Origin: Candidatus Alloenteromonas pullicola
Lineage (GTDB): Bacteria > Bacillota_I > Bacilli_A > RFN20 > CAG-826
Direction: 5' to 3'
DNA length: 58,044 nt
Assembly (NCBI GenBank): GCA_018714785.1
Contig: DVMV01000014.1
Coordinates: 1-58,044 of the forward strand
In this document: in pieces, positions 28,624 to 38,685 of the stretch
Position numbering within the stretch: position 1 is the stretch's first letter
How the letters are laid out: the number at the start of each line of letters is the position of its first letter
Translations under genes and position numbers: made by a program
Notes under the pieces: generated by a model
Databases searched by the model: none
Seen by the model: the letters and a program-made list of their open reading frames with translations, nothing else
What the model was told of the DNA's origin: nothing

Positions 28624-29109
28624 ATGCCAATCCGCCATGAAGTGATAGAGGGAGTTGAGCAGATATGCAACTCCTACAAGGATGAGCCATCTCCTTTGAT
28701 GATGATCTTATCCGCCATCCAGAAGAAATACGGATACATCCCGCTGGAGGTCCAGGAGATCGTGAGCCGGAAGACCGGCATCCCGGTCGCCGAGATCTAC
28801 GGGGTCGTGACCTTCTATTCTTTCTTTTCCCTGAAGCCGAAGGGAAAATACGTCCTCGGCATCTGCCTTGGCACCGCCTGCTACGTCAAGAACTCCCAGG
28901 CCATCGTCGACAAATTCTCGGCCCTCTTGGGCATCGCCCCCGGCGAGACCACCGATGATGGGCTGTTCACCATCGAGGCCGTCCGCTGCATCGGCGCCTG
29001 CGCCTTGGCCCCGGCCATGACCATCAATGGCAAGGTCTATCCGAAGGTCACCCCGGATCAGGTCGGGATGATCATCGATGAGTATCGCAAGAAGGAGGAA
29101 GCCAACTAA
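28624..29109 (+). CDS. hydC: NuoE-like [2Fe-2S] subunit of an NAD(P)-linked [FeFe]-hydrogenase
   Basis: 161 aa; cysteines in CLGTAC and CIGAC; NuoE/HydC length. Confidence 0.88.
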   Translation: MPIRHEVIEGVEQICNSYKDEPSPLMMILSAIQKKYGYIPLEVQEIVSRKTGIPVAEIYGVVTFYSFFSLKPKGKYVLGICLGTACYVKNSQAIVDKFSALLGIAPGETTDDGLFTIEAVRCIGACALAPAMTINGKVYPKVTPDQVGMIIDEYRKKEEAN

Positions 29110-30983
29110 TGGATAGGATCACCTCACCGGAATCGCTTCAGAAGGAGATCGATTCCTGCACTAAGGCGTTCGACGCCAAGATCAAGGGGACCAACGGCAA
29201 GCGCGCCGTGGTCGTCTGCGGCGGGACCGGCTGCATCGCCAACGCCTCCGTCGACATCCAGAAGGCCCTCGAGGACGAGATCAAGGCCCATGGGATAGAG
29301 GACAGGGTGACCGTCAACCACGTCGGCTGCTTCGGCTTCTGCTCGCAGGGCCCCTTCGTCAAGATATTCCCCGAAGACACCCTTTACCACGCGGTCAAGC
29401 CATCCGACGTCAAGCAGATCGTCGAGGACGATTTGATCGGCGGCAAGGTTTGCGAGAACCTGCTTTACGTCGACCCCGTCACCTACGAGAAGGTCGTCAG
29501 GCAGGATGATATCAACTTCTATAAGAAGCAAGTCCGCGTAGCCCTGCACGGCTGCTCGCTGATCAACCCCGACCTGCTAGAGGAATCGCTGGGCTACGAT
29601 GGCTTCAAGGCATTGAAGAAGGTCTTGACCACCATGACCCCGCAGCAGGTCATCGACGAGGTCCTCGCCTCTGGCCTCCGCGGCCGCGGCGGGGCTGGCT
29701 TCCCCACTGGCAGGAAGTGGCAATTCGCCGCCAACGTGCAGGCCGACCAGAAGTACATCGTCTGCAACGGCGACGAGGGCGACCCGGGCGCTTTCATGGA
29801 CCGCTCGATACTCGAGGGCAACCCCTTCGAGGTCATCGAGGGCATGATGATCGCCGGCTACGCCTTCGGGGCCAGCAAAGGATATTTCTACGTCCGCGCC
29901 GAATACCCGGTCGCGGTCGAGCGCCTTGAGCGCGCCATCAAGGACATGGAGGAAGTGGGGCTGCTCGGGGACAACATCCTCGGCACCGGCTTCAGCTTCC
30001 GCGCCTACCTCCGCCTTGGCGCCGGGGCCTTCGTCTGCGGCGAGGAGACCGCGTTGCTCAACTCCATCGAGGGCAAGCGCGGCATGCCTCGCCCCCGCCC
30101 GCCGTTCCCGGCCATCAAGGGCCTATGGGGCAAGCCGACCTGCGTCAACAACGTCGAGACCTTGGCCACCGTCCCCTACATCATCCGCGTCGGGGCGAGC
30201 GAATTCGCCAAGGTGGGCACCGAGAAGAGCAAAGGCACCAAGGTCTTCGCCCTCGGAGGCAAGATAAACAACGTCGGGTTGGTCGAGGTGCCGATGGGCA
30301 CCACCCTCCGGACGCTTATATTCGACATCGGCGGCGGCATCCCCAACGGGAAGAAGTTCAAGGCCATCCAGACCGGAGGACCCTCGGGCGGCTGCTTAAC
30401 CGAGAAGGACCTCGACACCCCGATCGACTACGATTCGCTCGTCGCCAAAGGCTCGATGATGGGCTCCGGCGGAGCCATCGTCATGGACGAGGACAACTGC
30501 ATGGTCGACGTCGCCCACTTCTACATGGACTTCATCTGCAACGAGTCCTGCGGGAAGTGCAGCCACTGCCGCATCGGCACCAAGCGCCTGTTCGAGATGC
30601 TCACCCGGGTCACCAACGGCACCGCGACCGAGAAGACCCTCGACGACATGAAATACCTGGCCACCGTCATCAAGAACGGCGCCCTGTGCGCCCTTGGGCA
30701 GACCGCGGCCAACCCGATCCTCTCGACCATGGTCAACTTCCCCGAGGAATACCGTGCCCACGTCGTCGACAAGAAGTGCCCGGCCCACGTCTGCAAGAAG
30801 CTGATGCGCTACGTCATCGACCCGAATCTATGCAAGAAGTGCTCGCTTTGCGCCAGAAACTGCCCCGTCAGCTGCATCCACGGCGTCCCGGGGAAGGAGC
30901 CATACGTCATCGACCAGAGCAAGTGCATCAAGTGCGGCTCATGCATGTCGGGCTGCCGCTTCCACGCCATAATCAAGGAATAA
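29109..30983 (+). CDS. hydB: NuoF-like flavoprotein subunit (FMN/NADH site; N-terminal thioredoxin-like 2Fe-2S; C-terminal 2x[4Fe-4S])
   Basis: 624 aa; CGGTGC...CFGFC, GLRGRGGAGFPTG, ESCGKCSHCR, and C-terminal CxxCxxCxxxCP repeats. Confidence 0.9.
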   Translation: MDRITSPESLQKEIDSCTKAFDAKIKGTNGKRAVVVCGGTGCIANASVDIQKALEDEIKAHGIEDRVTVNHVGCFGFCSQGPFVKIFPEDTLYHAVKPSDVKQIVEDDLIGGKVCENLLYVDPVTYEKVVRQDDINFYKKQVRVALHGCSLINPDLLEESLGYDGFKALKKVLTTMTPQQVIDEVLASGLRGRGGAGFPTGRKWQFAANVQADQKYIVCNGDEGDPGAFMDRSILEGNPFEVIEGMMIAGYAFGASKGYFYVRAEYPVAVERLERAIKDMEEVGLLGDNILGTGFSFRAYLRLGAGAFVCGEETALLNSIEGKRGMPRPRPPFPAIKGLWGKPTCVNNVETLATVPYIIRVGASEFAKVGTEKSKGTKVFALGGKINNVGLVEVPMGTTLRTLIFDIGGGIPNGKKFKAIQTGGPSGGCLTEKDLDTPIDYDSLVAKGSMMGSGGAIVMDEDNCMVDVAHFYMDFICNESCGKCSHCRIGTKRLFEMLTRVTNGTATEKTLDDMKYLATVIKNGALCALGQTAANPILSTMVNFPEEYRAHVVDKKCPAHVCKKLMRYVIDPNLCKKCSLCARNCPVSCIHGVPGKEPYVIDQSKCIKCGSCMSGCRFHAIIKE

Positions 30984-30996
30984 GGGGAGGAGAACA

Positions 30997-32805
30997 ATGG
31001 ACAACATCAAGATAAACATCGAAGGCCATCTCTACGAGGTGCCTTCCGACCTCACCATCCTTGAGGCGGCGAGGAAAGTCGGATACAACATCCCCTCGCT
31101 ATGCTACTGGAACAAAGGCCACAACTCGCTGGCCTCCTGCCGCGTCTGCTTGGTCGAGCTCGCCTCCAGCCGCGGGTCGCGCCTAGTCGCGAGCTGCGTC
31201 TACCCGGTATCGGAATGTGCCGCCGACAAGGGGTTCGTGATCAAGATCAGCTCCCCGATGGCCATCGATGCCCGCCGCACCTCGGTCGAGCTATTGCTAT
31301 CCAACCACTCCAAGGATTGCCAGACCTGCGTCAAGAACGGGCAGTGCGAACTGCTCCACGTCGCCTCGCTCACCGGGGCCAGGAGCGGCCAGTTCCTAGG
31401 TGAGGTCACCCCCTCTACCTACGACGACGTCGCCCCCGGCTTGGTCAGGAACACCAGCAAGTGCATCCTCTGCGGCCGCTGCATCGAAAGGTGCAAGGAG
31501 GCCCAGGGCATCGGCATCCTCGGGTTCGAGAAGCGCGGGTTCAACACGATAGTGGGGCCGGCCGAGAATCGGTCGTTCGCCTCCGTCCCCTGCATCCAGT
31601 GCGGCCAGTGCATCGAGGTCTGCCCGACCGGGGCTTTGTCCGAGAAGCGCGAGATCGACAAGGTCGACCAGGCCATGCACCAGGGCAAGTACGTCATCGT
31701 GCAGACCGCCCCGGCCATCCGGGCCGCCATCGCCGAGGAATTCGGCCACAAGATCGGCGAGCAGAACGGGACCGGCAAGATGGTCGCCGCCCTCCACCGC
31801 CTTGGCTTCTACCGCGTGTTCGACACCAACTTCGGGGCTGATCTGACCATCATGGAGGAAGCCCAGGAGCTCCTCAACCGCATCAAGACCGGCGGCACCC
31901 TCCCTCAGATAACCTCCTGCTCGCCCGGCTGGATCAACTACATGGAGTACTTCTACTCCGACCTCATCCCCAACGTCAGCACCTGCAAGTCGCCCCATGA
32001 GATGGAAGGGGCCATCATAAAGAGCTACTTCGCCAGCAAGCACGGCCTCAAGCCGGAGGACATATTCGTCGTCTCCATCATGCCCTGCACCGCGAAGAAG
32101 TACGAGGCCAAGCGGCCGCAGAACGCCGCGGTCAACGGGCTTCCTGACGTCGACGCCGTGCTCACCACCCGCGAGCTCGCGGTCATGATCAAGCGCGCCG
32201 GATTGCTCTGGGATGAGCTGCCCGAGGAGGAGTTCGACGACGACCTGATCGGCGAGTACACCGGGGCTGGCGCCATCTTCGGCGTCACCGGCGGGGTCAT
32301 GGAGGCCGCGCTGCGCACCGCCTACCACACGCTGACCGGCAAGGAGTACGACAAGATCGAATTCCTCGAGGTCCGCGGGCAGAAGTCGCTTAAGGAAGCC
32401 GAGATCGACATCGCCGGCACCAAGCTCAAGGTCGCAATCGCCAGCGGCATGAAGGCCGCCAAGCCGCTGCTTGACGAGGTGAGGGAGGGCAAGTCGCCTT
32501 ACGCCTTCATCGAGATCATGGGCTGCCCCGGCGGATGCATCAACGGCGGCGGGCAGCCGTTCGTCAAGCCGAACCTAATCCCCAACCAGGGGGCCGACAT
32601 CCTCGACCGCTACCGGCAGCTGCGGGCCAACGTCCTCTACTCCATCGACGAGAAGAAGACCATCCGCCAGTCGCACAACAACCCCGACATCATAAGGCTG
32701 TACAAGGATTACCTTGGCTCGCCTTGCGGCGGGGTCGCCGAGGAACTGCTCCACACCAGCTACAACGCTTCGCGCGAGGCATTCCCTTCCGTCAAAGCCA
32801 AGTAG
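30997..32805 (+). CDS. hydA: [FeFe]-hydrogenase catalytic subunit (M3-type architecture) with a variant L1 motif TSCSPGW
   Basis: 602 aa. An N-terminal 2Fe-2S ferredoxin-like domain, HxxxCxxC...C, and two 4Fe-4S motifs. H-cluster motifs are TSCSPGW (L1 variant), MPCTAKKYEA (L2) and EIMGCPGGCINGGGQP (L3). Confidence 0.92.
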   Translation: MDNIKINIEGHLYEVPSDLTILEAARKVGYNIPSLCYWNKGHNSLASCRVCLVELASSRGSRLVASCVYPVSECAADKGFVIKISSPMAIDARRTSVELLLSNHSKDCQTCVKNGQCELLHVASLTGARSGQFLGEVTPSTYDDVAPGLVRNTSKCILCGRCIERCKEAQGIGILGFEKRGFNTIVGPAENRSFASVPCIQCGQCIEVCPTGALSEKREIDKVDQAMHQGKYVIVQTAPAIRAAIAEEFGHKIGEQNGTGKMVAALHRLGFYRVFDTNFGADLTIMEEAQELLNRIKTGGTLPQITSCSPGWINYMEYFYSDLIPNVSTCKSPHEMEGAIIKSYFASKHGLKPEDIFVVSIMPCTAKKYEAKRPQNAAVNGLPDVDAVLTTRELAVMIKRAGLLWDELPEEEFDDDLIGEYTGAGAIFGVTGGVMEAALRTAYHTLTGKEYDKIEFLEVRGQKSLKEAEIDIAGTKLKVAIASGMKAAKPLLDEVREGKSPYAFIEIMGCPGGCINGGGQPFVKPNLIPNQGADILDRYRQLRANVLYSIDEKKTIRQSHNNPDIIRLYKDYLGSPCGGVAEELLHTSYNASREAFPSVKAK

Positions 32806-32818
32806 GCATTGTATAATA

Positions 32819-32843
32819 GGGCCGGCCGCAAGGTCGGCCTTTT
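32819..32843 (+). terminator. Rho-independent terminator after hydA
   Basis: GGCCGGCC paired with GGTCGGCC gives an 8-bp stem (one G-U) around a GCAA loop, followed by TTTT. Confidence 0.65.
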
Positions 32844-32848
32844 ACTCT

Positions 32849-33511
32849 ATGTACAAATCCATCATCTTCGATCTCGACGGGACGCTGCTGAACACCCTGA
32901 TCGACATAAGGGCCGCCATCAACGCCGCCCTGAAGCAGTGCGGGTACGATTATTCGTATTCGCTTAAGGAGTCAAAGACGCTGATCGGCAACGGCACCGA
33001 CGTGCTCGTTAGGCGGGCTTTGCGGGAAAAAGGGGACGACGAGGCCGCGTTTGCCGAGCTTAAGTCGGCTTACTTGCCGTTTTACGAATCGATGCAGAAC
33101 CTCCATACCAAGCCCTATAACGGATTGCCTGAGGTTTTGCGCTTCCTTAAGGACAAAGGGGTGGCCCTCATGGTCGCCACCAACAAGCCGGAAAAGCTCG
33201 CAAAGGAGCTGCTGGACGCGCAATTCGGGCACGGTTTCTTCCTCGACGTCGGGGGGTCGACCCCGAGTTCGCCGGTCAAGCCCGATCCCATCATCGTGAA
33301 CCGCTTCGTCGACGCCCATAACCTAGACAAGGGAAGCACCCTCTTCGTCGGGGATTCTTACGTCGATGTCGACACCGCGCACAACGCCAATATAAAATGC
33401 TGCCTCGTGAAGTGGGGGTATGGCTTCTATAAGAAGGCCCTGCTGCAAAAGGCGGACTACGTTATATCCAAGCCCAAGGAGCTCGTCCGCGTGGCTTTGG
33501 GGAAGGAGTGA
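32849..33511 (+). CDS. HAD-superfamily phosphatase (phosphoglycolate phosphatase / PpaX-like)
   Basis: The track ORF starts at 32714, inside hydA. The real start is ATG 32849 (MYKSIIFDLDGTLLNT...). 220 aa, with DxDGT and ...VGDSYVDVDTA motifs. Confidence 0.85.
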   Translation: MYKSIIFDLDGTLLNTLIDIRAAINAALKQCGYDYSYSLKESKTLIGNGTDVLVRRALREKGDDEAAFAELKSAYLPFYESMQNLHTKPYNGLPEVLRFLKDKGVALMVATNKPEKLAKELLDAQFGHGFFLDVGGSTPSSPVKPDPIIVNRFVDAHNLDKGSTLFVGDSYVDVDTAHNANIKCCLVKWGYGFYKKALLQKADYVISKPKELVRVALGKE

Positions 33512-33514
33512 GCA

Positions 33515-34870
33515 ATGAAGGAACTCAGACTATTCAATTCGCTGGAACAGAGGATGGAGACATTCGTCCCCGAGATCCCGGGCGAGGTCGCCGTCTACGT
33601 CTGCGGCCCGACCGTCTACAACCACCCGCACATCGGCAACTTCCGCCCGGCCATCGTCTTCGATCTTCTCCGGCGCCTATTGCTTGCCCTCGGCTATAAG
33701 GTGACATATGTCTCCAACTACACCGACGTCGACGACAAGATAATCAACCGGGCGATGGAGCTAGGCATCTCCGAGAAGGAGCTGACCGATTCGGTCATCA
33801 AGGAATACCGCGGCCTCATCGATGAGCTCGGCTGCCTGCAGCCCGACATCACCCCGACCCCGACCGCCTATATGGACAAGATCATCGCCTACGTCAAGGA
33901 CCTGGTCGATTCCGGCCATGCCTACGTGGTCGGCGGAGACGTCTATTTCCGGGTCTCCTCGGTCCCCCATTACGGCGAGCTAAGCGGCAACTCGGTCGAT
34001 TCCTTGCTATCCGGCGCCCGCATCGAGGTCAACTCCAAGAAGGAAAGCCCGCTCGACTTCGCCCTTTGGAAGGCGACGGAGGTCGGGATCCGCTTCGATT
34101 CCCCCTGGGGGAAGGGAAGGCCTGGCTGGCATACCGAGTGCTGCGTCATGATCGACTCGATCTTCAAGTCGCGCGGCGGGCACATCGACATCCATGGCGG
34201 CGGATTCGACCTGAAATTCCCGCACCATGAGAACGAGATCGCCCAAAGCTATGCCCATAACGGCAATGACTTGGCGACCTACTGGCTGCACAACGGCTTC
34301 ATCAACATTGACAACGAGAAGATGAGCAAGTCGCTGGGCAATGTGCTATTGGCCAAGGACGTGATCGCCGAATACGGGGCGATGGCCTTCAGGATGATGG
34401 TCCTCTCCGCCCATTACCGGGCGCCGCTCAACTTCACGCCCGACACCATCGCCGAGGCCAAGAAGGGATATGAGAGGCTGCAAGCCGTCTACCGGAGCCT
34501 CGGCATCTATCTTCAAGCCAACGGGGTCGACGACCCGAGCAGCCTGCCTTCGTCTTCCCTTGACGAATTCCTCTCCCCGCTGTGCGAGGATTTGAACACT
34601 CCGAACGCCTTGACCGTTCTTTACGCGAAAATCAAGCAATCCAACGCGGATTTGCGCGCTTGCAAGGGAAATATCGAGCCTTTGAAGGCGGATTTCGCCT
34701 CTTTGCGGGACTATTCAAAAATACTCGGCCTGAATGTAAAATACCCTTGCATCCAAAATATCGGGAAGCAGCTATACCGCGAGTATTTCGACGCCAAGGC
34801 GAACAAGGACTTCGCCAAGGCCGACGAGCTGCGCAACAAGCTCACCGAGATGGGCATCTGGATGAACTGA
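33515..34870 (+). CDS. cysS: Cysteine--tRNA ligase
   Basis: 451 aa; HIGN and KMSKS class-I motifs; ...GWHTECCVM... Confidence 0.96.
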   Translation: MKELRLFNSLEQRMETFVPEIPGEVAVYVCGPTVYNHPHIGNFRPAIVFDLLRRLLLALGYKVTYVSNYTDVDDKIINRAMELGISEKELTDSVIKEYRGLIDELGCLQPDITPTPTAYMDKIIAYVKDLVDSGHAYVVGGDVYFRVSSVPHYGELSGNSVDSLLSGARIEVNSKKESPLDFALWKATEVGIRFDSPWGKGRPGWHTECCVMIDSIFKSRGGHIDIHGGGFDLKFPHHENEIAQSYAHNGNDLATYWLHNGFINIDNEKMSKSLGNVLLAKDVIAEYGAMAFRMMVLSAHYRAPLNFTPDTIAEAKKGYERLQAVYRSLGIYLQANGVDDPSSLPSSSLDEFLSPLCEDLNTPNALTVLYAKIKQSNADLRACKGNIEPLKADFASLRDYSKILGLNVKYPCIQNIGKQLYREYFDAKANKDFAKADELRNKLTEMGIWMN

Positions 34871-34878
34871 CTAGCGAC

Positions 34879-35631
34879 ATGCACACGGTAGACGACATCA
34901 TCATAGGTTGGTTCAATTCCGACTTCGGAACGATGTTCTCCGGCGGGATCGTCGGGAACCTCTGCCTGGTTTTCCTGTCCCTCGTCGTTACCGCGCTTTT
35001 CGCCGGCATCATCGGCTTCGAGCGCGAGTACTATGGGCACGCCGCTGGGCTTAGGACCCACCTGCTAATCGCCTTGGGCTCCTGCATCATCATGATCATT
35101 TCCATATACGGTTTCACCTATTGGGACGGCGTGACCAACTACACCCGCGACCCCGCCCGACTCGCCGCGCAGGTCATCCCGGGCATCGGCTTCCTCGGCG
35201 CCGGAACCATCGTCAAAAACGGCGTAACCGTAAGGGGCCTTACGACAGCGACCACCCTTTGGGTCTCGATGGCCATCGGCATCGCCTGCGGCACCGGCAG
35301 CTTCGTCATCGGCGCCATCTCGACCGCGGTCTGCCTATTGGCTTTGGTGGCGCTGCGCCGCTTCGAGACCATCGCGAGCCGCAAGAACCCGATCGTCTTC
35401 ATGGTAGTGCCGAGCGACCGCCCGGTCATGAAGGACGTGCTGCTCATCGCCAGCCGGTACGGCATCTCCATCCGCGACAACTCCTCCGAGCTAATCACCT
35501 ATCAGGAGAACTCCGCTATCAGGATGGTGATGCGCCTAACCTACGCCAGCCGCAACTCGGTCACGGCTTTTGCCGATGAGCTGCGCATGTCGATCAAGCC
35601 CCTCGAGCTCAAGGTCTCGACGGAGTTCTGA
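34879..35631 (+). CDS. MgtC/SapB family membrane protein
   Basis: The track ORF starts at 34582, inside cysS. The real start is ATG 34879. 250 aa, with ...GFEREYYGHAAGLRTHLLIALGS... and a soluble C-terminal domain. Confidence 0.85.
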   Translation: MHTVDDIIIGWFNSDFGTMFSGGIVGNLCLVFLSLVVTALFAGIIGFEREYYGHAAGLRTHLLIALGSCIIMIISIYGFTYWDGVTNYTRDPARLAAQVIPGIGFLGAGTIVKNGVTVRGLTTATTLWVSMAIGIACGTGSFVIGAISTAVCLLALVALRRFETIASRKNPIVFMVVPSDRPVMKDVLLIASRYGISIRDNSSELITYQENSAIRMVMRLTYASRNSVTAFADELRMSIKPLELKVSTEF

Positions 35632-35652
35632 TTACCTTGCAAGGGGCGAAAC

Positions 35653-36375
35653 ATGAGTATAATTATTTATGGCAAGAACGCCGTCCGCGAATCGGTGAGG
35701 TCCGGCAAGGCCAAGCAGGTCAAGACGCTTGCGAGGCTACAGAAGGACAGCATCGTCACCGAGGCAAGGAAAAGATCTATCCCAGTCGAGTTCGCCCAGG
35801 AAGGCGAATTGACTCGGATGGCCAGAAACCCCTCTCACCAGGGCTTTGTGGCCATCTGCGACGACTTCGCGACCCTCACGCTTGAGGAGTTGCTTTCCTC
35901 GATCAGCTCGCCCGAGCCGCTGCTTTTGATGCTCGACGGCATCGAGGACCCACATAACCTCGGGGCGATATTGCGCTCCGCCGACGCCTTCGGGGTCGAC
36001 GGGGTCATCATCAAGAGCCGTGGGGGAGTGGGGCTCAACGGCACCGTGGCCAAGGTCTCGACCGGGGCCATCTCCTACGTTAAGGTCGCCGAAGTCAACA
36101 ACCTGACCAAAGCCGCGCTCAAGCTTAAGGATGCCGGCTACTGGATCGTCGAGAGCGACGGCTCCGCGACCCTGTCCTACGATGAGGTGGACTACCATTG
36201 CCCGATTTGCCTCGTCGTCGGCTCCGAGGGCTTTGGCATCTCGAGGCTCCTTCTTTCGAAGGCCGACTTCGTGGTCAAGATACCGATGAAGGGCCACGTC
36301 AACAGCCTCAACGCTTCCGTCGCCACCGGGATATTGCTTTCCTTGATATCGCTTAAGCGGACCACCCTTGCCTAA
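35653..36375 (+). CDS. rlmB: 23S rRNA (guanosine-2'-O)-methyltransferase, SpoU/TrmH family
   Basis: 240 aa; ...LDGIEDPHNLGAILRSADAFG...VVGSEGFGIS...NSLNASVA...; Bacillus-like position between cysS and sigH. Confidence 0.88.
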   Translation: MSIIIYGKNAVRESVRSGKAKQVKTLARLQKDSIVTEARKRSIPVEFAQEGELTRMARNPSHQGFVAICDDFATLTLEELLSSISSPEPLLLMLDGIEDPHNLGAILRSADAFGVDGVIIKSRGGVGLNGTVAKVSTGAISYVKVAEVNNLTKAALKLKDAGYWIVESDGSATLSYDEVDYHCPICLVVGSEGFGISRLLLSKADFVVKIPMKGHVNSLNASVATGILLSLISLKRTTLA

Positions 36376-36387
36376 AGGAGCCCGCTT

Positions 36388-37050
36388 ATGGACGAAAACA
36401 GCTACGGCGATTGCCGCGACGAGGAGCTTTTGCTTCTTTTCCGAATGGGTGACCCGAAGGCCAGAGACGAGCTTTCGGTCCGTTACTTCCGGTATCGGAA
36501 GAGCCATCTCCGCCGCGCTTGCCCGGAGTATTACGACGTGCTAGACGACATAACTTTCAACGAGGTGTTCTTCCGCTGCTACCTGTCAGCCGAGAGGAGC
36601 TTCCAGCTCGGCAACGGGCGGTTCTTCGCCTTCTTCGAGCTGATATTGGGCCGGGAGGTTCGCCGCGAGGCCAGGAAGGTGTTCGCCAGCCGGGCCGAGA
36701 TGGCCATCACCTCGCTAGACGCCACCCGCGATGGCGAGCAGGGGTATTTCCTCCACGACATCATACCCAGCGGCGAGACCATGTCCGACCCCAAGGCCTT
36801 CCTCTCCTTCGCCGAGGCGCTAAGCGAGCTGGGCAAGCTGCCGAAGGGCATGAAGAAGGAATCGGTCAGCGTCGCGAGGATGCTATTCGACGGCTATTCG
36901 CTTTCCGAGGCCAGCGAGCGGCTCGGCATTAAGCCGGGAAACGCCAAGATGATGGCCTACCGATTCCGGAAATGGGCTAGGAAGACCATGGAGTCGCTTT
37001 ACGGCGAGCCAAAATCGCTTAGGCTATTGGCCGCAGCCGAGGGCGAATGA
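36388..37050 (+). CDS. sigH: Sigma-70 family sigma factor, SigH-like by position
   Basis: 220 aa. It has region 2-like and region 4-like (HTH) segments. The order rlmB-sigma-rpmG-secE-nusG matches the Bacillus subtilis sigH locus. Confidence 0.6.
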   Translation: MDENSYGDCRDEELLLLFRMGDPKARDELSVRYFRYRKSHLRRACPEYYDVLDDITFNEVFFRCYLSAERSFQLGNGRFFAFFELILGREVRREARKVFASRAEMAITSLDATRDGEQGYFLHDIIPSGETMSDPKAFLSFAEALSELGKLPKGMKKESVSVARMLFDGYSLSEASERLGIKPGNAKMMAYRFRKWARKTMESLYGEPKSLRLLAAAEGE

Positions 37051-37111
37051 GGCCAAACATTTGACAACGCGCCGTAGGCGCCTTATGATTTGCCATGCTG
37101 AGGATAACAAG

Positions 37112-37261
37112 ATGGCGAGGTTGAAAGTTTTTTTGGTTTGCAGCGAATGCCTAAGCCGCAACTACACCGTCAGCAAGCGAAAAGACGATCCAACCAGGCT
37201 AGCTTTGTCGAAATATTGTCCCCATTGCAATAAGCACACGCTCCACAAGGAGAGCAAGTGA
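37112..37261 (+). CDS. rpmG: 50S ribosomal protein L33
   Basis: The track ORF starts at 37061. The real start is ATG 37112 ([24 protein letters not shown]...[14 protein letters not shown]). 49 aa. Confidence 0.93.
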   Translation: MARLKVFLVCSECLSRNYTVSKRKDDPTRLALSKYCPHCNKHTLHKESK

Positions 37262-37271
37262 AGGAGGTAAC

Positions 37272-37466
37272 ATGGACCCCATCAAGTACACGAAAGAAGT
37301 GGTAAAGGAAGGCAAGCGCATCCGCTGGCCGAAGCGCGACGTGCTGGTACCGACCCTGGTGGTCGTGATCTGCATCGCGGCGTTTGCCGCGATATTCCTT
37401 TCGCTGGAGGACCTGACCGCCGGCTCGCTCATCCAGCAGCTGAAGGACGCGTTTGGAGGTAAGTAA
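37272..37466 (+). CDS. secE: Preprotein translocase subunit SecE
   Basis: 64 aa, single TM; ...VKEGKRIRWPKRDVLVPTLVVVICIAAF... Confidence 0.9.
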   Translation: MDPIKYTKEVVKEGKRIRWPKRDVLVPTLVVVICIAAFAAIFLSLEDLTAGSLIQQLKDAFGGK

Positions 37467-37467
37467 G

Positions 37468-38034
37468 ATGGCTAAAGAGAAAGCCGCCCAGATAGGCGAG
37501 AAGAACTGGTACATTGTCACCGCCTATGCCAATGGCGAGGACCGGGTCGCGGAGAACATCCGGCGCCGCATCGTGACGATGGGGATGCAGAATTACATTT
37601 TCCGCGTCATCGTCTGCAACCAGGAGGTCCCCGAGCTCAAAGACGGGCTCCCGACCGGCAAGACCAAGATCAAGAACCTCTACCCCGGATACGTCTTCGT
37701 CGAGATGGTCATGAACGACACCTCTTGGTACATCGTCCGCAATACCCCGGGCGTCACCGGCATCGTCGGTTCCTCCGGCGGCGGGCAGAAGCCGACCCCA
37801 GTTCCCGATGAGGAGATGGAGTCGGTGCTCAAGAGGATGGGCATCGTCGACTCCTCGATGTACGACAAGTACGCCATCGGCGACATGGTCCGCATCATCC
37901 ACGGACCGATGGAAGGGACCGAGGGCAAGATCACCGACATCAACAAGGAGACCGGACTGGTCAAGGTGGACACCATCTTCTTCGGCCGCGTCACCCCGCT
38001 GGAAGTCGACTTCTCCGAGATCGACAAGCTATAA
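37468..38034 (+). CDS. nusG: Transcription termination/antitermination factor NusG
   Basis: ATG 37468 behind GGAGG. 188 aa, ...NWYIVTAYANGEDRV...; C-terminal KOW domain. Confidence 0.95.
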   Translation: MAKEKAAQIGEKNWYIVTAYANGEDRVAENIRRRIVTMGMQNYIFRVIVCNQEVPELKDGLPTGKTKIKNLYPGYVFVEMVMNDTSWYIVRNTPGVTGIVGSSGGGQKPTPVPDEEMESVLKRMGIVDSSMYDKYAIGDMVRIIHGPMEGTEGKITDINKETGLVKVDTIFFGRVTPLEVDFSEIDKL

Positions 38035-38061
38035 AAAAGACCGCCCGGCTGGGCGGTTTTT
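38034..38061. terminator. Bidirectional terminator between nusG and the convergent orphan gene
   Basis: AAAAAGACCGCCC-GGCT-GGGCGGTTTTT: a 7-bp GC stem flanked by A- and T-runs. Confidence 0.75.
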
Positions 38062-38654
38062 CAGTCGACGTTCTCCTTCCTTATCCTCTCCATGGCCTCC
38101 TCGACCCCAAGGAAGTAGGGGGAGCTTGCCAAGGCGGGGAAGGCCTCGTGGAGGGTCTCGCGGAACAGCCTTCCGAACTCCTCGGTCGAGGTTAGGAATA
38201 TCAGCTCGGCGATCCGCATCGGGTGGACCTCGCCATGCTCCTCGACGACCAGGTTGGTCAGCATGTCGGAATACACGTAGACGAGCTTGCCGGCGTTGTC
38301 GAGGTGGATGTAGCGGCAGCTCTCCTCGGTCTGCTCGACGAATTTGACGTAGTCGCGGAGCGGGCTCTTCCCGCGGCTGAAGTCGTCCCCGGACATGAAC
38401 ACCCTCATGTCGGTGGCCATCTCCATCAGCCTCTTCGGGTCGAAGCGCTTGCCGAGGTCCTCGGCGACGGCCTTTGTGAGGTCCTTTCCGGCGTCTTCCT
38501 TGGCGTAGAGGTTATCGAAGAGGAAGCAGGCGGCCCCGATTATCTCCCTAGACTCGTCGCGCCCTTTCCGGGTGAGGTCGAGGCGCAGCCAGCTGCGGAG
38601 GGTGTAATCGAAGGCGTCCTTGAGTTGCTCATAGGCGTTGATTGCTTGTTTCAT
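38061..38654 (-). CDS. Hypothetical protein (no family recognised)
   Basis: 197-aa ORF, soluble, with codon bias like its neighbours. It lies inside the insertion between nusG and rplK. Confidence 0.6.
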   Translation of the reverse strand: MKQAINAYEQLKDAFDYTLRSWLRLDLTRKGRDESREIIGAACFLFDNLYAKEDAGKDLTKAVAEDLGKRFDPKRLMEMATDMRVFMSGDDFSRGKSPLRDYVKFVEQTEESCRYIHLDNAGKLVYVYSDMLTNLVVEEHGEVHPMRIAELIFLTSTEEFGRLFRETLHEAFPALASSPYFLGVEEAMERIRKENVD

Positions 38655-38685
38655 GGCGAGGTAACTATAGCATTTTTGCTATATT

